NCBI GenBank assembly: GCA_000320545.1
Contig: ADNK01000282.1
Span: forward strand, 1-64,000
DNA: 64,000 nt
Direction: 5' to 3'
From: Bigelowiella natans CCMP2755
Taxonomy: Eukaryota > Protista > Cercozoa
Below the pieces are notes generated by a model that worked only from the letters and a program-made list of their open reading frames with translations, ran no database searches and was not told the DNA's origin. Positions 52,404 through 64,000 of this stretch are shown piece after piece. The stretch's first letter is position 1. Each line of letters begins with the position of its first letter. A program made the translations under genes and the position numbers.

Positions 52404-53240
52404 ATGAACATGATGATAAACACTTACTCTTCGAGTAGAGGCCTTCTGCGAGTCGCTTCATCATACCCTCCAGCATCATATTGATATAGGAAGCGCTCTC
52501 ACCTTTTAGCAATTCAAACTTCCTGTATATTTCGGCGAACATATACTCGACTTCCTCCATATCTCTCGGTTTGCGATTCTGTTTGGTAGTGTCAGTCGTC
52601 GTAACTGATCGTAGTTGGGAAGATGTGCGAGCTGATAAGGGTGGCGGCTCAGACGAATCTATCATCGCCTGGTCATCACTGCTTTGATTCTCCCCACCAT
52701 CCTTGCTGTCGGATTTCCTCACGGCGTAAGCAGTAGAAGAAGGTATTTGAGATGACGATGAAGAGGACGGCAGCACCTTCTCCTCTACTTCCGGGGCTGT
52801 CCTCGTCGCTGGTTTTGTCAAACCGACGATATGCTCATCAGAGACTACTGCGGTGTTGTTGGTAGTAAGCTCATGCTCCCAATCGTACATGTTATCCCGA
52901 GCGATCTTCATGATGACGCTGTGGACGACGAATCTTGCGAGGCGAGGGGGCAGCAGCCGTGCTGCTACGCTACTAAAGTCTCGCAAGTCGCACTCCCTCA
53001 TGTGGGAAAGCATTGAGATGACCTCCGCCTCTATTTCCTGTCGCAGCTGCTCAATGGACCTTCGATGATCAAGGCCTACGATGCAGCGCGTGAAATGATA
53101 CGTAACGTGAGAGAAGTAATGTTATTTTCCCCTGTGATAGCCTCGGAGTTTTTCTGTATTTGCATGCTTGTTTACACATACATACAACGCTCTATGCATG
53201 AATATGTCGTAATGTAGAATTCGGGGCATCGAGAATAAAG

Positions 53241-53302
<62 letters not shown>

Positions 53303-53989
53303 CACAAATCATCATCAAAGACTGAATATGCGAGGTGAAGAGGCAGAGCAGCACGGACCCGATGATGAGGAGGATGATGACACTGGCGTTGAAGCCGAGA
53401 CTGTCATTTGGACAATTCTAGCCACGATTTGGTGCGCCTTGAATACCATGAAGAGAAATTTGCGAAGTCCTTCAGCCCTCCCAGAAGTGATGGTATTATC
53501 TAGCACCAGCGCGATATAAAAATAATGATGATAATGATGTTGAAACACAAGCACAATCACACAATATGTTGCTGCATGTGCGTGCGTTTTGGGTGAGGGT
53601 CGATGCTTTCATGAGTAGGACTGGGAAGAGTCGTTCATGATCTCCACCTTAACTACTACAAAGTCGGAAAAACAGCTGCTGCTGCCAAGCATGATATAAT
53701 ACGCAGTTGGTTTGTCGCGAAGAAAACGTGATGACTCCTACCCCCACCTTTCTCATCCGCCTCATCATCAAGGGCCTTTGAAAGAAATTTCACAGCTGCG
53801 AGTTTTCCGGGCGCCATGTGCTCCGACAGAGCTTCCACTGACTCAAATAGCGATGATGATGATGATGGCGATTGACCTTTGCTGTCCCTCGCAGAATCAT
53901 CAGTAGCTACTGTTCCTGCAATATATTGTCACAAAGCAATCTATTGGGTCTCTCCCTTTCACCTTCTTCCTCTCATCCTCTATCAGACT

Positions 53990-54023
<34 letters not shown>

Positions 54024-55078
54024 GCCACTACTAATATTGCTAATACTACATTACTGTTACAATACTACGACTGGTACTCAACGCTGCTGTCTAATCTACC
54101 GATGATTGATTGTTTACCTTTCTTCTTCTCAGAATCCTTCCCTTCTTTCCCACCTCGCTTGGCGTCGTTGTCGGAAAATATCGGGGGGAGAATGTGCTTG
54201 TTTCGTGCAAGAAGATCATTAAACGGCCTGTCAGATGCCTGCGACCAGCTCTTCACGCTCAGATTTTCCATAACCCTATAGATGGGGGGGGAGGGGGGGG
54301 AGGGTAGCAGATGGATGAAATGAGTGATGATAATGATGGTAATGATAATGACGACGGTGATGATGTTGATATTGATTGACAACCCGTAGTACTTATGAAG
54401 CTATACACGTAGTAGTATTAGTAGTAGTAGTAGTAGTTGTTGTAGTAGTAAAAGTAGTAGTAGTAGCATCTTCTTGCCAAACAATAGCTCGTAACTGTCC
54501 GAACAAGTCTCGTGTTGCCGTTTTTGAATTTGCGGTTTGTATGTATCTTATGGCAATGGTTCAATGGGGACTGCAATGAATATAGGCAGTGGTGCTACAA
54601 CGACTACTTTCTTTGAGCATTAACAAGCCTTTCGAGGATTCTCTTGTTGCTGCCGGTGTCATCCAAGGCATTGCGGATATACCCTACGAGTGTACTTTCC
54701 TCGACGAGAACCTGTGAGCGGTTGGCGGCGGCCGAGAGAGGTGGCGGGGAAGAGAGGGAGAGAAGAGGCGCAAAGCCAACAACAATATTTGGTGATAGTG
54801 TGGGTATTGAGTGTTGGTCGATTTCCAGCGGAAAAGTATTGTGATCGTTGTTTCTTTCTTGTTATGCTTGTTGCGGTCCCTGTCTCCCCACATACACACA
54901 CTCCGGGTAAGTCGCATTAATAATCTACAACCACGCCAACCTTGTTTGCATCATCGTCTTTTGTGCTTGCAGTGTCATCCTGCTCGCCACTTGCTCGACT
55001 TGTTGCTGTGGCTACGACGAGACCGTTATCAATGGCATTGCGAAGTCCCTTATGCTGAGCCAGTACCTTTGATGATGA

Positions 55079-55109
<31 letters not shown>

Positions 55110-55595
55110 GGTGGTGGTGAGCATGATGAGGTAGGACATGAATGATATTAGAAATGTCAACAATGAGCAATGAACGATGTGAAATCAGAGTATGGGTCAT
55201 CGGCCTCCAACCTCGAAGAAGTTCGGCATGAAGACTAATGGCATCTTAGTATCATTGGCCTCGGATTTTGGGTCGCTCATTATCAACTTGCGGAACTTCA
55301 TATCCATCTTGGTTAATACGTCAGAGACCTTCAAGCGTTCCCCCCTCTGCAGAGCCTGATCCAGCGTGTGGCGCAAATTTGCAGCCAGTTGTCCCTTGAC
55401 TTCATTGTTCATAACGTTGTGCACAATATTGAAGACTGCTTTGTTTTTGCGAAACGTAGCACCTGCGAGCTGAATGGCGGTCGCTGCTAATCTGTGTGTG
55501 CAGTAGCAAGGTGATGGTGCCGTGATGAAAGCGTTAGCATCGTGGATCATCGAATGTAAGGTCAATGACATTTAGAACGCACGCCAGAAAGAGAG

Positions 55596-55678
<83 letters not shown>

Positions 55679-55983
55679 GCTCGATTTTCTCTCTAGCATT
55701 TTTTGCAATGCTATCCTCCTCCTCCTCGATATTTTCTCCTTATCAATATGTGAGCATCTTCCTTATCATATGTCATCATCCTTTTCTGATTGATTTCATC
55801 CCCTCTCCCCGAAATCTCCCACTCCCGCCTCTCATCTGCCTCAGTAGCTACTGCACTATGTTTCTCCTTCTCCTCCTCCACTACTACTTCCACTACCTGT
55901 TACGATCTTTAGACTCACTAATGTACTTTTTGAGCTCTTCCATTTGGGTAGTTAAACTCGATTTCTAACGTCACGATTATGTA

Positions 55984-56022
<39 letters not shown>

Positions 56023-56658
56023 TGTCTATATATTATATAATTCGCAACAAACAGTCCGCCATCCATTCATAACATCCACGAGGCACATTTGCTTTTATTC
56101 GAATAGCGCCTCATTTTGTGCATCGGTCGACCTCACAAAGCAGCAGCTGCGCCTCGATCTCGTTTCTCGCTAAATCCAACGCGCTCTTAGCCTTTTTCTC
56201 TCTTTTCTGAATGAGGAAACCAGTAGCAGCAGTAGCAGCAGCCAGCAGCAGTTGAGAAACGTGGTAGATATAACGATAGTAGCAGTAGAAGAAGGAGGAG
56301 GAGGAGGAGGAGGAGGAGAAGAAGGAAAATAAAGTCAGAAGCGTTAAGCTACCGTAATTGTAGTTGCTGAAGGGAATGTGCGGTAAAGTTTTGTAGAAAA
56401 AGGAAGATTCACAGAATACATGATATTGCGTCGTATGCTACCTTGATCTCCTTCGCCAAGATATCATGATGCTTGACTTTACGTGCGCTCAGTTCGGCTT
56501 GCTTTACACACGTGATGGAGAAAATCTGTGAGTCTATATAGACACCTATGGGGGGAGTATTATTGATTGGTGAGCTCCAAATTTGTTGTACCCATTGATA
56601 TTCTTAAATCGATGGTGATGATGGTGGAACGTGAGAAACGCACACGCACACACACACA

Positions 56659-56695
<37 letters not shown>

Positions 56696-57014
56696 CTTGT
56701 ATATGAACACATCTATTTTCATCCCTTGATCATCAAGTTAGACAAAAATTCAAACAACGAATACCCATCTGGCCGAGCGAAGCGTAGCCCTTTTCCATAT
56801 GCCATTCTCTAAGACAATTCCTGACCTACATCGTGTCATCATATTCAGTATCATCATCGACTTCGTGGTGCATTCTCATAGCTCAAAAATGCGGCAAAGA
56901 AGAGCATAAAGTTCCCCTTAACGAATGAGGGAAAGAAAAGGCAATACCACAGTCAAAACCACCCGATTTAACGCCAGGCCTCATCTTGCTTCACACACAG
57001 TCGTAAACGCGCGC

Positions 57015-57054
<40 letters not shown>

Positions 57055-58202
57055 CTACAGCAGCCACACCTCATCATAATCCAATTTATACAGGTTACGC
57101 TCTTCCTGGATTGATGATGCTGGGATGGTGAAAGCACGGGACGACGTTCGTATAATGCAGGCGAAGGGGAAAGAAAAGAAGAATTACGCGCATTTATCTG
57201 GATCATAAGTTCAGTTCCGCAAAATGAAAGGACAAAGATCATTCTCCCCCCCCCCTCCCCCCACCCCTTCTAGCATAGGCATAGCTTCATCCTCTTCATA
57301 TCAACTTCGACCACACGCTCATTCCTCGCTGACTCACTTACCAAGAGCAGTCCATACATCTTTAGCCGATACTTGTGGCGTTTCCGTCGCTGCAATCTGG
57401 TTTGGTGAAATAAGCGATGATAAATGAGGAAGAAGCAATAGGTAGGAGGGGGATTGTTAAGTGGAAAGGCCTCCATCACACGAACATGAGTTGAGGATCA
57501 TCTATGCCTATTATGCATATATCTCTTTGTATCGATTGCAGCACCTCCCCTATAACGTTTACAATGAGCGGGTGGGAGATAAGGGACCCAAACTTAAGAT
57601 CGCGGAAGCTTTTCTGATAATAAGTATTCATCGTTTCAAAGGCGGCAGAGATCAGTCACAGACATGTATCTTGGAGGGGGGCGAGCTGTACTTGCGGAAG
57701 AACAGTCAATTCCGATCCTTCAACTTGGCAATTCAAAAACTTGCGGAGCTTCGCAAAATATCGATTCTTTGCTTTGTGGTTGTTATTGCTATTGGTACTA
57801 GTGTTATCATGTGCTAGTGTTATGTTGATCATTACTAGACGGAGGACGATTGCTTCTTGCCCAGATTCCATCCTCTTATCGTTAACTTTGTACACTTTCC
57901 ACTGATGAGAGGCACATAGACATTATAGTGAGTATAAGGAGAAAATAGATCAATAGTTCTTAAGATGCACACAGAGAGCATTTTAGGCTGCTGACCTTCA
58001 TCTGTTGGAGAATGTAGTCCTCTATATCGGATACAGTTACAATTGCGTGGGTCCGTAGGTAGGAGTTTATGATAGCATCCATAAAGTTGAAGGTTTTGTA
58101 AATTGAGTCGAAAACACTTGCCAGCTCCCTCTCGCACCATGAGAATGATCTTGGATGTGCTTCCAGTAGTCTGTGCAAATATATCTCAATATGTGCATAT
58201 GA

Positions 58203-58240
<38 letters not shown>

Positions 58241-58334
58241 AGGAAGACTTAACCTGGGATATGTATAACGGAGAAATTTCTCGACGTCTGTCGGTTTCAA
58301 AAAGCGCTGTTTCGATGACGATAAAAATTAGCAT
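45538..58334 (-). CDS. NO VEIN-like / sacsin-like protein: GHKL (HATPase) domain + C-terminal DUF3883; 5' end uncertain, possibly extending to the ATG at 59080
   Basis: HFLYEIIQNADDAKY..NERGF..LC..S.KK..IGHKG|IGFKSVFKIT..PEIHSG (52300-51900), QDLFAYLPIKNYGFRVVIQADWELTSSREGV..WN, and C-terminal GRWGEERVY..WMNEEKEKGTPYDI..YVEVKTT (45900-45700). The upstream exon near 58000-58140 (..IINSYLRTHAIVTVSDIEDYILQQMK) resembles the NOV N-terminal repeats. Exons between 53100 and 58000 are only partly resolved. Confidence 0.85.
46229..46318. repeat. 45-nt tandem duplication inside the NOV-like C-terminal linker (15-aa repeat)
   Basis: gagtttcttggtatctga(c/t)tact(a/g)ccagt... occurs at 46229 and 46274; the protein reads PAITGSNQIPRNSN / PAAITGSSQIPRNSM. 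Confidence 0.9.
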
Positions 58335-58672
58335 AATTTGAAGGACATATCAAAGTTTCTTGCGAATCGAGTGGTTGATGGTGCTTGGAAGCTATAATAT
58401 AGGATCTAAATACTCTCTTAAACATCCCACCTTTGCTGTAAGGTCGTTGCGAAGTTTTTCGAATCGGGCCAATATAAACTGCATTGATTAAGAGGGATGG
58501 AAAGAATCCGCGAGATGATTTCGCAAATTAAAACAGAAAAGGGCGATTTGTAGTACATTCATCCTTGCAGCGCTATTGGCAGTGGCTAATAGGAGAGAGA
58601 GAGAGAAAGAGAGGGAGAAAATGAATTCACCTCTTTCTTCGTGACCTCCTCGTCGACCAGCTCGGTGGCTGT

Positions 58673-58924
58673 AGCATTCCACTCCCTACGAAGGAAGAGA
58701 GCACATAGTTCATATATACAGCCTGATGCGAATAATAAACACGACGGCCACCTTGCTGCTGTGGATACAGCGACGGACGCAGCAGGTTTTGGTGCCCCTG
58801 GAGCATTCCACCCCCTACGAAGGAAGAGAGCACATAGTTCATATATACAGCCTGATGCGAATAATAAACACGACGGCCACCTTGCTGCTGTGGATACAGC
58901 GACGGACGCAGCAGATTTTGGTGC
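58673..58924. repeat. Near-identical 129-nt tandem duplication
   Basis: agcattcca(ct/cc)ccctacgaaggaagagagcacatag...gacgcagcag(g/a)ttttggtgc starts at 58673 and 58802. The period is 129 nt (43 codons), and ORF 58586-59080 (-) repeats AASVAVSTAARWPSCLLFASGCIYELCALFLRR.WNA. Confidence 0.95.
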
Positions 58925-59328
58925 TCTAGAGCCATTGCTGGTCTCTCCAGATGACCACTGCTTCTGCTCTGTAGCGTGTCCAACTGAGAAGTGGCCTGTT
59001 GCATCTCCTTCAAATCCAAGCCCTCCAACTTGAATCTTCTTCGCCTTGCTGGAATAGAGTCTTTTCCTTCGGCGAGGCATTAGTCTTTTGAGGTGGTGAT
59101 GAGTCCAATGTTCACGATAGCGGCTTTATGTTCTGTTCGATCAGTAACCACACATCATGATTACTATACTTACTCCTCCGCCATCACCAGTGCTACAAGC
59201 TGCTACCTAACGTGCGTCTCGAGCTTTCGAACTCTACTTTGCACACGCGTGAGTAACAGACACTGTTTCGGTGAAGAGCGCTTGAGCAACCAGGTGAATC
59301 TTTCGGAAAACATGCTGCGATAATGTAT

Positions 59329-59599
59329 TTTGATTGTCGCTTCAGATAAACGACAACAGTATCTTTCTCGACCTCGTGAGCCGATTTACACAGATAGTTC
59401 TTATTTCCTAAGGACACATGTTGACTCTTCCCAAAGTGTCTTGCTAGTTGCAGTTGTGATGTGATGGTTGCTGGAATCTCATATACTGTGACAATTTATT
59501 TTGCTTGTCGCTTCAAATAAACAATTATAGTATCTTCTCCGCCTCGTGAGCCGATTAACACAGATAGTTCTTATTTCCTTTGGACGACACTCGTTGACT
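59329..59599. repeat. Diverged ~100-nt direct repeat, period ~171 nt
   Basis: tttg(a/c)ttgtcgcttca(g/a)ataaac...cctcgtgagccgatt(t/a)acacagatagttcttatttcct...gttgact occurs at 59329 and 59500. Confidence 0.85.
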
Positions 59600-60023
59600 T
59601 GCAAGTGCAATTGCAATCCTATCACAACGTTTGTTGTGATTATTGCGGGAAGCTCCACGAACAGACCGATAATCAACCCAATAATAACTAAAAGGATCTT
59701 AGTAGAATAGGCAGCGGAGACGGGCGACCACCATGCCCTTCTATGCGCTTGCCCTGCTCGCCCTCTTACCCGTGCCTTCGTCGGTGGGTTCAATACCCAG
59801 CTGGAACTTAGAGAGAAAACTGCCGGCCTTCTCCCGTCTACCTTCCCTCGAGCGATTTGATGTGCCAATCATGTAATTAGCAAACGAGATGAGAGATGGG
59901 AGGAACTTCCAACTAACCTTCCGAACACCTCCCTGGCAGGAAGTTTGAGAGCATGCAGGAGACTCTCAAACTTGGGACAGCAGCGATCCTCACAGGAATA
60001 AGCAGTCATCCCGAGGCGAAAAA

Positions 60024-60266
60024 ATGGCGAGCGTGGGAACGGTAGAAATGCATTCAATTGATGTACGTTATGCAGAGATTGATCATCCGAACCTCGGCAG
60101 GTGGAAGATAGATAACCTGAGGAAAGTCGAGGATTATTTCTCAAGTGTCCAGGTATTAAACGTTAGATAGATGGGGAGGGGGTTGAGAAGGAAGACGAAG
60201 AGCATGCCATGTTAATACTAGCTAGGTCTCGATTGCCACTGCTACGCATAATCACCTGTGTGCGCT

Positions 60267-60302
<36 letters not shown>

Positions 60303-60603
60303 GGATCGCATTTTTTAGTTTATTATCAAATGATGAACCTCTCCATCCTTGTCTATAGATTCATGCCAAGGGCAAAGGATCCACCTTCTATGATTTAGGC
60401 CGAAACAACACGCTAGGGATTCGTGGCCTCAATCCCAATGTCGTTTGTTATTCAGTGATTCGGCAGATTAGGGGAGGGGATGGTGACACGTGTTTATATG
60501 TCATCGACGTGATTCAGGTATACCATCAACGAACGGTCGAGGATTTCTTTCAGTGCAGTGGAACTGAGTACGTTCAAGGCTTAACTCATAACCTCTCCCC
60601 CAT

Positions 60604-60640
<37 letters not shown>

Positions 60641-61302
60641 GTGTGTTGTTGGTGCTTATGTGGCATTGTATATCACACGCCTGGCGTATGTCCACAGGTT
60701 CCCTTATGTCCCCGGAGGCAGCCATCCAACTTTTGACCCCGATATTCTTCCGAGGTGGTGGTTGTCTTCGTTTTCTCCTTTTTTGTGGGATAGAGAAATG
60801 AAGAAGAAGAAGAGCAACAACAACAACAACAAGGAACGACGGAACATTTCTGTCCTCTTTCCCTACTCCAACCATTTCAGTATGTAAACAACGAGGAGGC
60901 ACGTGTGTGTTGCCAAATCATTCTTTGTCGGCGTGTATAGTCACCTGTCACTTCTTTACCGCCACAACAACTCGCAGGGCCCATTTCACCTTCCCTGAGG
61001 ATCATTTGACACACGAAAACTTCTACTGGTATATTGTAATGAGATGATGGTGATGAGGTCATTTGTACGCACTTTCCATATACTGATGTGATTTATGTAA
61101 TCGATTGATACATCCTCCGCGTGTTGAATGTAGCTGTGAAGGGAAAATCAAGGGAAAATCAAAAATCGTTTCGAGCAGTAGTGAGTTGCTCAGTGGAGAG
61201 ATTCAAAGCAGCCCACCCCACCTCTCACCTCCCCTTCTTCTGTGTGTGACTTTCAGGGCGTGTGGTGGCACCAATACGTACTCACATTACGATAAGTATG
61301 TT

Positions 61303-61369
<67 letters not shown>

Positions 61370-61906
61370 CGATGGGAAAATGAGAGACTCAGATATACGC
61401 ATTATCAGCACCAATATGTGCTTGCTCTACCCTCTCTAGGAGAGGATATGTAGAGGTTATAATACATGTGAATAGGGTGGGTGAGCTAAGGTTGGACACT
61501 ACTTTTGCGTGATGACAAACTTCGATATGCTTCATATTACATGATGTGATGGTGAGTAGGGAGCACGTGTTCCTGATCCAAATATCAGGATCGAAAGAGG
61601 TAATAATACATTTTCCCATTCTTCACCGCTGGAAACAGTCTCCACACTGCAATCGATCGATTGCTCTGCTCTCTACTACGACCGTGTGTTACACATCGTA
61701 TGGCACCCAAACGAATGCCCACCAAATGCTTTCCTTTCGTGTGTCAACCACCAGAAAGCACCTGGGCCCCGCAAGCACGTACAGATGCTAGCATTGACTA
61801 TATTGATCCCGATAAGATGCGTCAGCGTGCGTTTTGGATGAAAAATGTTGAAGTTGTCTCTGAGGTCGTGGCTGCTGTTCCCTGTTTTTCTGCCGCTCTT
61901 TCGTAA
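60024..61906 (+). CDS. Possible hypothetical multi-exon gene
   Basis: Candidate exons MASVGTVEMHSIDVRYAEIDHPNLGRWKIDNLRKVEDYFSSVQ (60024-60152, GT donor), IHAKGKGSTFYDLGRNNTLGIRGLNPNVVCYS and VYHQRTVEDFFQCSGTE are separated by microsatellite-bearing introns. No domain recognised; 3' end uncertain. Confidence 0.3.
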
Positions 61907-62199
61907 CTCAGCTTCTTATAAACCCTCCGTCGGAAATAAATGCTATGCATCTGCAGCCCGCTTTACATCCAAGCCACAGGTTTGTGTGTACCTCAAGGCA
62001 GCAGCAGGGCAAACAACTATTCAGTGTGCTTGCGACTCTACTTCCTCAATCAAATCCTAATTAATAGTTATCTTTCATCTTCGGTGCGTATTTTTCCTGC
62101 TCTGCCCTCGAAGAAATAACGTTTAAATTCTGTTCTCTTCAAGAGTGTCTTCTTGCAAGGTTCTCCCCTCCTTACCTCTTTCCTGTCTTCACAGGCAAA

Positions 62200-63113
62200 C
62201 TCAGATGCCGTGCAGTCCTTGTCAGCCTCCCCTGGACGTGGAGAAGTTCCCCCTCTTGAAGAACCTTAAGACGTAACAACATTGAATGTCGCTTGGATGA
62301 TAATCGTAGTACTTGTTGCCGAATGAAGATGCGTAATGATTCGTGCAGGGAGCATAGATTTTACGACTTAATGTAAGGATTCGTTTCTCGTTGGGCCAAA
62401 ATATCACCCGAAGCTTTCATCTTGATCGTGGATTCTGTTTTAAGACCGTTGTGCAATAATCCTCCATCCTCCCTCCGACATCAGATGGATGATGCTGTTA
62501 TCATATGTCATTGATTGTTGCTGATGGGGGCGGTCGTTTGCCGTTTGTCGCAGATATGCGTTGGTAAAGCTGGAAGCTGGAAACGCACTGTATTTGCCGC
62601 CACTTTGGTACGCATATGGCGGTGATGGCAATGATGATGATGATGATGATGATGATGACAATGATGATGCAAAACCATCTCTTGCTATAATCTTGCTCGA
62701 TTTTGCAGGATGCATTCTGTCTGCAACCTCACGCCATCTACTGCTGTGTCGATAAAGGTGGTGATAGTGGGGGGAGGAGTGGGGAAGAAGAGTGGTAAAA
62801 TAAGGGAGATATTGTTTGCCATTATTCACGGGCATAGAAGAGCATCGTATGCAAGTTAAATTCTTGTGTCTCTGGCTTGTTTCACCATCATATATCACTT
62901 ATCATAGCGTTGAGTGGTTGTAATAATAGGGCCTGACACGCGACCTGCTCACCGACTCTATTCTTACGGAGGCCATTGAAGGGTTAGTGTGTGCGGCATA
63001 CAGAGGAATGCATCGTTGTGACTATGGTGATGGTGTGCATGATGGTGATGATGATGATGATGATGATGATGATGACTGTGAGGGTAATACTGCCATCATT
63101 TTCGACTGTAAAC

Positions 63114-63148
<35 letters not shown>

Positions 63149-63320
63149 GGCTAATAACGGCGACGCAGGGTGACTATGGTCGGAGGAAAGCAGAGGAAGG
63201 AAAGCAAGAAGAAGCACGGCAACAACGCCGCCGAGATCGAAGGCATAAGAAGAGGTAGTGATGACGTTATTGTAGCCGTTCGACCAATTGCTGGAGCAGC
63301 ACTGAGATGATAACTGTGTT

Positions 63321-63358
<38 letters not shown>

Positions 63359-64000
63359 TCATGTTCTCCCCACGGTCTTCATACCCAAAGCAACTGGAGC
63401 TGCAACTACAGAATCGGTAGTGATGAATTGTTTCCTGGTGTTTGATTTCCCGTCGCCTCCCTCCATCCCATCCCTCCCCGTGATAGCCATAGCTTTGGAG
63501 AGAGCCACTACGTGTCGGTAAAATCCACCAATACTGCTTATTTACCTCGGCGGTCGTGCCATTGCTGCTGCTGCTGCTGCTGCTGCTGTTCTAAAAGGCG
63601 AGCATTCTCTTGGTGTACCAATATGTTATTCAATTGCTGCTGGTTGCGAAGCCGAGGGTTCCCTCTCAGTGGATCCGAGGTAGTAGTAGTAGAAGGAGGA
63701 GGAGGAGGAGGAGGAGGAAAATACTCATTATCAGTCAAATCACTGCATCATCGCGGATACCTTTTCTCTGTATTAAGAGGAGCAATTCTCTCTCCATCAT
63801 GCATTCTCTCCTATACGTACGGTGGAAAACAAGAACAAGCAACGACACCACGCTTGCTTTGAGATGCCATTGGAAATGCAAATTCAGGCAGGAAGTCGTC
63901 GAGAAGAGAAGGGACAATGCATGCCGAAGGGCTCTTTCTACTCGTCTACTCGAGATATCAGCCGTAGGGACAGCAGCAGCAACACAAACAGCATGATTAC
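62200..64000 (-). CDS. Possible hypothetical multi-exon gene entering from beyond the window end
   Basis: AG/GT-bounded segments read ERMHDGERIAPLNTEK, QQLNNILVHQENARLLEQQQ..WHDRR and RWREVADRMHPAKSSKIIARDG, separated by SSR-rich introns. No family recognised. Confidence 0.25.

Noticed and set aside
1-64000. CRISPR arrays, tRNA, rRNA or intact transposase/RT genes
   Set aside because: None seen by eye. The periodic sequences are ankyrin coding repeats, SSRs or two-copy duplications without spacers. tRNAscan/Infernal was not run.

Overview
Intron-rich eukaryotic nuclear DNA with many microsatellites in introns. Two proteins carry a signal peptide followed by a Ser/Arg-rich transit-like segment, and the transaldolase resembles the green-plant type. 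This suggests an alga with a secondary green plastid, possibly a chlorarachniophyte (inference). All gene models were spliced and translated by hand. In order: a partial K+ channel with an SVGYG filter (-), a C2H2 zinc-finger protein (+), a multi-exon plastid-targeted transaldolase-like protein (-), a PLD-type cardiolipin synthase-like gene (+), an intronless ankyrin-repeat gene (-), a coiled-coil hypothetical gene (+), a ~14 kb gene encoding a signal/transit leader ending in RLRGG plus ~10 SH3/KOW-like repeats and three F5/8 type C domains (+), a BTG/Tob-domain gene (-), SEC24 (+), a decayed DIRS/Ngaro-like RNase H remnant (-), an intronless YEATS-like + amidoligase (COOH-NH2 ligase) fusion (+), a NO VEIN/sacsin-like GHKL ATPase + DUF3883 gene (-), and two poorly resolved hypothetical genes. 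Several intergenic tracts are rich in TGCA/CATG/CTAG and look like methylation-decayed repeats. The best candidates for new biology are the YEATS-amidoligase fusion in its element-like island and the RLRGG-leader SH3-like/discoidin protein.
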